Source: Pyrodictium abyssi
GTDB taxonomy: Archaea > Thermoproteota > Thermoprotei_A > Sulfolobales > Pyrodictiaceae
Assembly: GCF_036323395.1 (NCBI RefSeq)
Contig: NZ_AP028907.1
Span: forward strand, 2,190,001-2,222,000
DNA length: 32,000 nucleotides
Direction of reading: 5' to 3'
This document shows, one piece after another, positions 9,186-16,318 of the stretch. Position 1 is the stretch's first letter. Every line of letters begins with the position of its first letter. The translations under genes and the position numbers were made by a program. The notes under the pieces are model-generated. The model was given only the letters and a program-made list of their open reading frames with translations, ran no database searches and had not been told where the DNA came from.

Positions 9186-9521
9186 ATGCCGGGGCGTTGG
9201 GCTGTGGCCTACGCTGGTGCTGCGGCTGCCGCGGCTGGGGCCTCGGCGTCTGCCCAGGCCAAGGCGTTCACCTACGGCTTCCTCGTAGTGGAGCCCAGCG
9301 AGTTTCTGAAGCTACTGGGCAGGAGCAAGGAGCCGGTGGTGGTTGTTGTCCGCCGGCGCGTCGGGATACTGAACCGGAGGGACGAGCTCGTCTACATAGC
9401 CGGGTACGGCGACTTCACGGTGCTTACCCGGTCCCCAGAGCCACTACCCCTACCCCCAGGGACCGAGGTCATAGAGGCCCGGAAGCTAGTGCTCCCGCCC
9501 GCAGTCCTGACAGCACTCTAG
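9186..9521 (+). CDS. Small hypothetical protein
   Basis: 111 aa, FTYGFLVVEPSEFLKLLGRSKEPVVVVVRRRVGILNRRDELVYIAGYGDFTVLTRS; same strand, follows the HEPN gene by 46 nt. Confidence 0.6.
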   Translation: MPGRWAVAYAGAAAAAAGASASAQAKAFTYGFLVVEPSEFLKLLGRSKEPVVVVVRRRVGILNRRDELVYIAGYGDFTVLTRSPEPLPLPPGTEVIEARKLVLPPAVLTAL

Positions 9522-9658
9522 CCCGGAGACTCGTCGTCCCAGCCGGGGTCAGTTAGACGCCCGCGGATATGCCTGGTCTCGCGTGCTGGGGGTGCTGCCT
9601 CTCTACATTGCCATGCAGTGTAGGGCCCCGTGGGCGCGCCGCCCTAGGCCATGGTCTG

Positions 9659-10255
9659 CTAGTCTCTGTGGTGGCGTGACATCTCTCTTAGTTTCTCGTG
9701 GAGCCTCTGCAGAGCCTCCTGGTGCTCTCTGGTCCACTTGCCCTGGCTCTCTAGCCTCGGCTTTACCTGCTCCTCGACTATCTCGGCTAGCTTGCCTAGG
9801 ATGGATGCGATGTCCCTTGCAGCCTCTCCGCGGTCTGGGTACTTGCTCAGCTCCCCGGAGGGGTCTGGGCCGTGGTACTGGTAGTCGTGGAGCTCGAGCG
9901 CTGTGCTGGTGAGGTGCGTGTAGTATGGCACCCCAGCGGCCTCCTCTACGAGCCTTGCTAGGGGCTTGAGCCGGCTGCTAGGCACCCGAGGTACCCCGAC
10001 CTCCTCTAGCCATTTCCTCTCCTTCTCGCCTAACATCTCTACTATCCTGTCCCTCTCTAGGGCTAGCAGCGCTGCTGTTAGCGCCCGCCACGCCTGGAAC
10101 GCCTTACCCGCAGCGTTCCTGGTGTAGCCCTCCTCGAGGAATCGTAGCGCTATCTGAGCTTCTAGGAGAGCTTCCAGTGCCCGGGCAGAGGCGTAGCCCA
10201 CTAGGTCTCGCCGGGGCTTGGGCAGGGGCTGCTCGAGTAGCGCTGCGGGGTTCAA
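9659..10255 (-). CDS. PaREP1/HEPN-like all-alpha protein
   Basis: GYASARALEALLEAQIALRFLEEGYTRNAAGKAFQAWRALTAALLAL resembles PaREP1-type helical repeats. Confidence 0.55.
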   Translation of the reverse strand: MNPAALLEQPLPKPRRDLVGYASARALEALLEAQIALRFLEEGYTRNAAGKAFQAWRALTAALLALERDRIVEMLGEKERKWLEEVGVPRVPSSRLKPLARLVEEAAGVPYYTHLTSTALELHDYQYHGPDPSGELSKYPDRGEAARDIASILGKLAEIVEEQVKPRLESQGKWTREHQEALQRLHEKLREMSRHHRD

Positions 10256-10322
10256 AGCCGCTGTACCCAGAGGGATGGGTAGAGGGCTGCCTGGCTCCTA
10301 TAGTGTTGCCCCGCTAGAACAC

Positions 10323-11306
10323 ATGTACGTGGCGGTATCCAGGGGCTGGTTGTGGCGCTGTATTTATGTCTGGGCTAGTGTTTTGTCGCATTCTTTCCCG
10401 CCGGCTCCGCTGACGGGGGCTGCTGCCTTGGCCTTGGAGGCTGTGTTCTATGTCGCGCGGGTGGTGTTCCGGCCGCTGCGCCGGGTGGCGTTGACGGCGT
10501 GGAGCGGGGTGTACGCGGGCAGGGCTGTCTATGAGAGCCTCAACCGGGCCGGGATAGTGCTCGACCGGGGTGGATTGTTCCGGGTCTCCCCGGTCTACCC
10601 CCTGGGGTCCCGTGCCCCGGTGGGCGGGTTCCTGGCTCCAGGCGAGCGGTACTGGTTCCGGGCCGTGTTCTGGGGCGCTCCCGGCTCCGCTAGCGGGCAG
10701 CAGCTGGCTCGGGGCCTTATGGCGGGCCTTGGGCTGTGGACCCGGGAGCTTGTGGTGGAGGAGCTGAGCCTGGAGGAGAGGAGGGCCCGTCTGCCGGACC
10801 CCGGCGCGGGGGAGGGCGAGGCGGATGGCGAGCCGGTGGCGGCGCTGGTGCGGGTGCGGCACGGGCCCACATTCTACCGGTTCCACGGCGCTGTGGTCTC
10901 GTATCCTAGCCCCTGGAGGCTCGTGGCGAGCATCGCGCGGCGGCTGAGCCTGGCCACGGGGATCGACTACCGGCCACTGGCGCGCCGGCTGCAGCCGTGC
11001 CTAGAGCTGGCTGTGGACCGGACGAGGCGGGTGAGGATACGGCTCAGCCACGGTGCGGAGCCGCCGGTGTTCACCGGCGAGGCTCTCTACCACGCTGTGT
11101 GCCCCAGGGGCCTGGCCTCGGCGCTCCAGAGGCTCCTCGAGGCCGGCGTCTACACGGGTGCTGGGGCGAGCCCCGGCCTCGGCCTAGGCGAGATACACGC
11201 CGTGGACCTGGGGCCTCCGCGGCACCGGGCCCCGCCGGCCCTCGAGCCCTGGACCGAGGAGCAGGAGGAGCCCAGCGGCGCCGAAAAGGAGGCCCGGCCA
11301 GCATAG
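10323..11306 (+). CDS. Cas6-like RAMP endoribonuclease homolog (ORF opens at 10218; M at 10323 is a better start)
   Basis: LFRVSPVYPLGSRAPVGGFLAPGERYWFRAVFWG, YRFHGAVVSYPSPWRLVASIARRL, and glycine-rich C-terminal LLEAGVYTGAGASPGLGLGEI typical of Cas6/RAMP folds. Confidence 0.55.
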   Translation: MYVAVSRGWLWRCIYVWASVLSHSFPPAPLTGAAALALEAVFYVARVVFRPLRRVALTAWSGVYAGRAVYESLNRAGIVLDRGGLFRVSPVYPLGSRAPVGGFLAPGERYWFRAVFWGAPGSASGQQLARGLMAGLGLWTRELVVEELSLEERRARLPDPGAGEGEADGEPVAALVRVRHGPTFYRFHGAVVSYPSPWRLVASIARRLSLATGIDYRPLARRLQPCLELAVDRTRRVRIRLSHGAEPPVFTGEALYHAVCPRGLASALQRLLEAGVYTGAGASPGLGLGEIHAVDLGPPRHRAPPALEPWTEEQEEPSGAEKEARPA

Positions 11307-11591
11307 GTATCTGCTTGGCCGGGGCTTGTTCTGGCGCTTTGGCGCAGGGTCTATCCCAGCCTGGTAGGCTTTGGGGCGCAGGCGTAGCTCCGCGTCCTGG
11401 ACACCAGGCTCTAGAGCGGCGCCATGGCCTGGGGCGGTGCTGCTAGGACCAGGGTCTCCGGCCCTCTCTCGGGCAGGCGGGCGAGCCTCAAGGGAGAAGC
11501 CGGGGGACACCCATATAGAGCACCCTGGCGGCACAGCATTTGATGGTACAGCTCCTTCCCGGTCCATCTCAGCTCGTGTAGTAGGGGCGGG

Positions 11592-11867
11592 GTGCTGCTG
11601 GTGACTGCTGTTGCCGTGCTAGACGCTTTGACCAGGGAGGCTAGGCTGTTGAGGGCTAAGCTAAGAGTCTACGATGCTAGGATACGCGAGCTAGAGGAGA
11701 AGCACAGAATGAGCTCTGACGAGTTCCTCGCCGGGTTCGAGAGAGGAGAGCTGGGGGACGACGAGGACTACTTCCTCTGGTGGAGCTACCTGAGGGCCAG
11801 GGCAACGATAGCTGAGAGGCTAAAGGAGCTTGAGAAGGAGATACGGAAGCTTCAGGGACTACGCTAG
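11592..11867 (+). CDS. Small coiled-coil protein, probable partner/antitoxin of the downstream TumE-like protein
   Basis: LTREARLLRAKLRVYDARIRELEEKHRMSSDEFLAGFERGELGDDEDYFLWWSYL...; stop overlaps the next ORF. Confidence 0.65.
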   Translation: MLLVTAVAVLDALTREARLLRAKLRVYDARIRELEEKHRMSSDEFLAGFERGELGDDEDYFLWWSYLRARATIAERLKELEKEIRKLQGLR

Positions 11868-12228
11868 CTGGTTCCACGACGTTATCAGCTCGTTTGGAGA
11901 GGCCATTGTAGACTATAGCATATCCATCGAGGAGGTTACTCCCTCGGAGGGGCTCATCCGGGGAGTCATAGTGTTCCTCGACGGCTCTAGGCTCCGTTTC
12001 CTCGAGTACGTCTCTATCACCGGAGGCAACGCGGCCAGGCTCAAGTATAGGTATCACTACGAGGACCCGGATGGCAGGCTGGTCTTCCGCTACGATAATG
12101 CGCCGCACCACCCCGAGGTGGAGACGTTCCCGCACCACAAGCATCTGGGCGACGGCAGGGTAGTCGCATCCATTGCTCCCTCGATAAGGAGCGTCCTGGA
12201 GGAGATACTAGACCTCATACCGGTCTAG
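11830..12228 (+). CDS. TumE-like (DUF6516) toxin-family protein
   Basis: YRYHYEDPDGRLVFRYDNAPHHPEVETFPHHKHLGDGRV is the characteristic DUF6516 motif. Confidence 0.8.
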   Translation: MRRRYGSFRDYASWFHDVISSFGEAIVDYSISIEEVTPSEGLIRGVIVFLDGSRLRFLEYVSITGGNAARLKYRYHYEDPDGRLVFRYDNAPHHPEVETFPHHKHLGDGRVVASIAPSIRSVLEEILDLIPV

Positions 12229-12291
12229 CGCGGCGCTGGAGACACGGCACTGTGTATTGCCATCCGCGTTCTCTACGCCATGGAGCTGGGT

Positions 12292-13749
12292 TTAGTGTTG
12301 TGTTTCTTTCCGTAGTGGTAGTAGTGCTAGGAGGACTGCTGTGGAGACGGCTAGTGTCCAGAAGGGCGCGGGTAGGCCTAGTAGTAGCGGCTTGGCGAGT
12401 GCCTTCACCCCGTAGGCTATCGCTGCCGCGGTTGCTAGGGCGGCGCCGGAGGCCATCGAGGCGAGTGCTGCCTGCCAGCGGCCCCGTGCTAGCTCGGGCT
12501 TCGCCCACGCGAGGATGGTGGCGGGCGCGGTGGAGAGGAGTATGGCGGAGGACAGCACGGATAGCGCTACTATGAAGCCTATCCTGGCTAGTGCTAGGGC
12601 GCTAGCGGCGGCTATGAGCACTGCTACCACGGCTGCTCCGAGGAGTATCTCTGCTCGCTCGCTGGGCCTCCGGGCCCTCGGCGCGTAGAGGTCTCTTACG
12701 ACGCTGCTCGCCACGCTGAGCGCTATGGAGTCCGCTGTGGAGACGGCTGCCGCTACTATGCTGGTGAACACTATCGCCGAGAGCAGCGGCGGCGCGTGGG
12801 CTAGGAGTGTCGGCGTCACGGCGTCTCGGCGCTCTATGGGGGCTAGTAGGCCGGCTTCGCTGAGGCTCCGGGCAAGCAGCCCCGTGAGGGTGACTGCTAC
12901 TGTGTACGCGAGCCCGAACACGGCGAACCAGACCACCATGCCCCTGAGCGCCTTTGGGCTCCTGGGCATGAAGAGCCGCTGGACCGCCTGGGGGTTCGTG
13001 GCGGCGAAGAACATCCATGGTAGCGTGAAGCCCAGGAATACGCTGGGCTGCCAGAACTCGGTTAGGCCTAGCAGCCCCTTCTCGCCCAGCAGCCTGGTGG
13101 CGCCGTCGAAGCCGATGCTGCCGGCTACCCAGCCTGCTAGCCACGCTAGGAGGAGGGACGCCGAGGCTATCATCCATAGGCCCTGGAGGGCGTCGGTGAC
13201 GGCTACGCTCCATACACCGGCTACGAGCGTCCAGGCGATCATCACCGCCGCGCCGAGGGCCACGCCGTAGAGGTAGGCGGCGTCGCTGCCCGCTAGGCCC
13301 GCCACGGCCTCGGCTATGCCCTTGACCTGGGCGCTCATGTAGGGCACGAGGGCGTAGAGGTACACCACCGCTACGGCGGCTGCTAGCTTCTTGGAGCCGT
13401 AGAGGTCGCCGAGCATCTCGGCCGGGCTTATCCACCGCCTCTCCCGGGCCAGGGCCCATACCCTTGGGGCGAAGAGGGAGAGGAGGAGCATCGTGCCCAC
13501 GAAGTAGACGAGCTCGAAGCCCAGCGCCCCGGTGCCGGTCGAGTATGCGAACCCTACGAGCCCGACTATCATGAAGGCGCTGTACGTGGTAGCCGCGTAA
13601 GTCATCGCTGCCAGGAAGGTGCCTAGCCGGTAGCCCGCGACGTAGTAGTCCTGGCTACTCCTGACACCGGCCCGCCGCGCAGCCACGGCTAGCAGTGTGC
13701 CGACCAGCATGTAGAGCGCGAGCACGGCTAGGCCAAGGGACACCGCCAT
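12292..13749 (-). CDS. Sodium:solute symporter (SSS family); ORF opens at 14091 but MAVSLGLAVLALYMLVG at 13749 is the likely start
   Basis: Multi-TM protein with SSQDYYVAGYRLGTFLAAMTYAATTYSAFMIVGLVGFAY and ISPAEMLGDLYG; SSS-family core pattern. Confidence 0.9.
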   Translation of the reverse strand: MAVSLGLAVLALYMLVGTLLAVAARRAGVRSSQDYYVAGYRLGTFLAAMTYAATTYSAFMIVGLVGFAYSTGTGALGFELVYFVGTMLLLSLFAPRVWALARERRWISPAEMLGDLYGSKKLAAAVAVVYLYALVPYMSAQVKGIAEAVAGLAGSDAAYLYGVALGAAVMIAWTLVAGVWSVAVTDALQGLWMIASASLLLAWLAGWVAGSIGFDGATRLLGEKGLLGLTEFWQPSVFLGFTLPWMFFAATNPQAVQRLFMPRSPKALRGMVVWFAVFGLAYTVAVTLTGLLARSLSEAGLLAPIERRDAVTPTLLAHAPPLLSAIVFTSIVAAAVSTADSIALSVASSVVRDLYAPRARRPSERAEILLGAAVVAVLIAAASALALARIGFIVALSVLSSAILLSTAPATILAWAKPELARGRWQAALASMASGAALATAAAIAYGVKALAKPLLLGLPAPFWTLAVSTAVLLALLPLRKETQH

Positions 13750-13781
13750 CCCGTCGGCCACCCCTCCCCTGCTCCCGGGGG

Positions 13782-13991
13782 CTACTGCGCGGGGGCCTCC
13801 CCCGCGGTGCGTGCTGCTAGCCTGGCAAGGGCGTAGGCCGAGTAGGCCGCCGCCACTGCTACCCAGTAGACGTAGAGGCTCCAGTCGCGCGCATCCCCTA
13901 GCACCGTGTAGGGCACCAGGTACATCGCTGCGAGGGCTGCTAGGCCAGCGGCGGCGTCGAGTAGCCAGCCCCCGGGCATGTCCCCATCCAC
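13782..13991 (-). CDS. Small integral membrane protein, probable symporter partner
   Basis: 69 aa, two predicted TM segments (AALAAMYLVPYTVLG; WSLYVYWVAVAAAYSAYALARLA), directly upstream of the SSS gene. Confidence 0.6.
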   Translation of the reverse strand: MDGDMPGGWLLDAAAGLAALAAMYLVPYTVLGDARDWSLYVYWVAVAAAYSAYALARLAARTAGEAPAQ

Positions 13992-13993
13992 CG

Positions 13994-14007
13994 CGAACAG
14001 TTGTTCG
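13994..14007. promoter_or_regulatory. Perfect 14-nt inverted repeat CGAACA-GT-TGTTCG, candidate operator
   Basis: Read directly. Sits just downstream of an AT-rich TATA-like stretch (rc GTTTTTAGGGGTTTAGTTTA) for the minus-strand symporter operon. Confidence 0.45.
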
Positions 14008-14139
14008 GTAAACTAAACCCCTAAAAACTCGCCGGCGCCACCATCCACGAGGGCCCCAGGCAGGGGGAACCCTTAAGACCAAGGATGCCACCTCTACCTA
14101 GTGCCCTCGGTGCACAGCCACAAGCGCTAGGCTAGAACC

Positions 14140-15168
14140 ATGGGGGCCGGTAGTAGGGGCTCGCTGAGGCATAGGCTGCTAGGACTAGTCGCAGCCGAGC
14201 CCGGGCTCAGCGTATCGGAGATAGCCGCCAGGCTAGGCGCGTCCAAGAGCACGGTATCGGTGCTCGTCCGGAGGCTCGAGGCCGAGGGGCTCCTACGCCG
14301 GGTCCGCCGGGGCTCCATGGTCCTCGTCTACCCCGCCCAGGGGGCAGCCGGCGGCAGCAGCCCAGCCGGGGCGGAGGCTCGGCGGCTCCGGCTCGGCATA
14401 GTGAGGGCGGCCGAGTACCCCTTCATAGCCCACCTCGCCAAGGCGCTTAGGCACCGCGGCGTAGAGCTAGAGGTAGTGGTCTACGACAACGGGCTAGACG
14501 CGTCCTTCGACCTGGTATCGGGCAGGCTAGACCTGGCGCTCGCGCCGCTGCCAACCCAGGTCCTCTTCTACGCGCTCACGGGGCGGCTCCGCATAATAGG
14601 CGGCGGCGCCTACGGCGGAGCCTACGTCCTCGAGTCCCGGGCCGCCAGGGGCCACACCGCCTACACGACGCGCGCGTCCACGATGGAGCTCTGCCTCAAC
14701 ACCAGCGGCGTAGTGGACTACGCCGAGGCCGTGGTCTACGCCGGGGCCGGGCACGGTATAGAGGAGGCCCTGGCCAGGGGCCGGGCACGGTACGCTGCGC
14801 TCTGGGAGCCCTACGCCAGCCAGGCCCTCTCCAGGGGAGACGTCAGAGTAGTCGCGGCCTGCAGCGACCTAGGTGTGGAGAACTGCTGCACACTAGCAGC
14901 CAACCCCGACAGGCTAGGCCCGGAGCAGCGGAGCCTCATAGCCAGGCTGTACAGCGAAGCGCTCGCCGAGTACCAGCGGAGGCCAGACGCCATGCTAGAG
15001 TGGTACTCGGGCCTCACCGGTATACCCGTGGACACGCTACGCCGGGTACAGGCGAGCTACAGGATAGCCCACGAGGTGAACCCGGCCACGGCCGAGAGGA
15101 TCCTGGAGCGCGCGGGCATGAGGATGCCACGGCCAGCCCTCGTCAGGGAAGCAGTAGAGCAGCCATAA
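14140..15168 (+). CDS. wHTH transcriptional regulator fused to an NMT1/THI5-like periplasmic-binding-fold sensor domain
   Basis: N-terminus LLGLVAAEPGLSVSEIAARLGASKSTVSVLVRRLEAEGLLRRV (MarR/IclR-like wHTH), followed by LRLGIVRAAEYPFIAHLAKALRHRGVELEVVVYDNG..DLVSGRLDLALAPLPTQVLFYALTGRLRIIGG; no signal peptide. Confidence 0.82.
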   Translation: MGAGSRGSLRHRLLGLVAAEPGLSVSEIAARLGASKSTVSVLVRRLEAEGLLRRVRRGSMVLVYPAQGAAGGSSPAGAEARRLRLGIVRAAEYPFIAHLAKALRHRGVELEVVVYDNGLDASFDLVSGRLDLALAPLPTQVLFYALTGRLRIIGGGAYGGAYVLESRAARGHTAYTTRASTMELCLNTSGVVDYAEAVVYAGAGHGIEEALARGRARYAALWEPYASQALSRGDVRVVAACSDLGVENCCTLAANPDRLGPEQRSLIARLYSEALAEYQRRPDAMLEWYSGLTGIPVDTLRRVQASYRIAHEVNPATAERILERAGMRMPRPALVREAVEQP

Positions 15169-15346
15169 CAGCCCCCGGGCGCGTGATGCCAGGCACGGTG
15201 CTCCACCGGGCTATCCCCGTAGGAACGTGTTGGTGCTACACCCCAGGCCCTGGGTGGTTACAGTTAACAGTAAGCGGTACCCAGTATACCGTGGAAGCAG
15301 TGAATACCACGTCTTAGAGTAGCGAGGGCCACACCAGGGTCCAGCA

Positions 15347-15571
15347 TTGGCGAGAGTAGGTGCTGCCACGAAGCGGGCTACTATCCTACACCGTGTAGAG
15401 GCTGAGATAAAAGAAATTCTAAGACGCTACAATGTGGAGAGTCTCGAGGAACTCGACAAGATGATAGCTCTCGGCGAGATAGACGAGACAGACGCGCTCG
15501 ACGACCTTATACGGCTCGACCATCTGCTATGGCTTCGAGACCAGCTTCGGGGCAAGAGAAGCCGTTCCTAG
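15347..15571 (+). CDS. Small helical hypothetical protein
   Basis: 74 aa, VEAEIKEILRRYNVESLEELDKMIALGEIDETDALDDLIRLDHLLWLRDQL. Confidence 0.5.
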   Translation: MARVGAATKRATILHRVEAEIKEILRRYNVESLEELDKMIALGEIDETDALDDLIRLDHLLWLRDQLRGKRSRS

Positions 15572-15600
15572 CCGGTCCAAGACTGCCAGGGGCCCGGGGA

Positions 15601-16081
15601 TTAGAGGGCACAGTCCCAGCCATCCCGGGGAGGGCTTCCTGTGAGCTTTCTGCGCACAAAGGCGAAGACCGTGTCGAGTAGCTCCAGGAGAGCATCGATC
15701 CGGTATCCACCTACGCCTTCGGGAGGAGTAAAGTCACATACATCATGGTCTCTACAGTGATGGAAATGATGCGGAAACGTGGAGACACGCTGCCGATGAG
15801 CTTCATGCGGGCTATTATCCCATCGATAGATACACCCATCGACGCCTCGACGGTCCAGTGTATCGCGTACCTTCCCTTCATCCTCTTGGAGAGCCAGACG
15901 TACATTGTACTTCCATCACGTAGCCTTATCTCTAGCCTCTCTGGCAGCGTTGTCTGACAGACTCCACCACATCGCCATAGCGTTCCCCGACTAGTCTTTC
16001 TAGCTTTACAAGCGCCTCTATTGCCGCGTATCCTGTATCGCTGCCCTCTGTGCCCGGGTTGTTAGACACTTCCTCCCCCAT
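15601..16081 (-). pseudogene. Frameshifted TumE-like (DUF6516) gene
   Basis: My minus-strand translation across three frames: MGEEVSNNPGTEGSDTGYAAIEALVKLERLVGERYGDVVESV / TLPERLEIRLRDGSTMYVWLSKRMK / VRDTLDRRGVDGCIYRWDNSPHEAHRQRVSTFPHHFHH...GYRIDALLELLDTVFAFVRRKL. The YRWDNSPH...STFPHHFHH motif parallels the intact copy at 11830..12228. Confidence 0.6.
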
Positions 16082-16253
16082 ACTCTGCGTTATTATCTAG
16101 CCGGTTTCGGCATAGCCTATATAAGGCGTAGGACCTCTTGAGATTTGTAGCTGGAATTGGAGGTTTTCCTTACGCTCGGCTCCATGATTTGCCATATACA
16201 CGGTACTACTGGGGCTTGAGCCGTCGATAACCCTGTTATCGTAGTATTGAAAA

Positions 16254-16279
16254 GGGGACCTCTGGTGGGCCTGGTCCCC
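16254..16279 (+). other. Perfect hairpin GGGGACC-N12-GGTCCCC
   Basis: 7-bp perfect stem with 12-nt loop, read directly, in the leader of the thiB-like gene. Confidence 0.5.
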
Positions 16280-16318
16280 AGGGGTAGCAGGCTCTTTCAC
16301 GGGGGTGTATGATAGGCC

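Noticed and set aside
10314-10886. 190-aa minus ORF antisense to the Cas6-like gene
   Set aside because: Composition (Pro/His/Arg/Gln-rich) typical of an antisense shadow; the plus-strand frame has the domain motifs.
12602-13459. 285-aa ORF inside the symporter gene, and 12725..13270 on the opposite strand
   Set aside because: Low-complexity Arg/Gly/Pro (or Ser/Ala/Pro) shadow translations of the SSS symporter coding sequence.
16097-16300. 67-aa minus ORF upstream of thiB
   Set aside because: No family motif; covers the palindrome and hairpin and is more likely non-coding leader.
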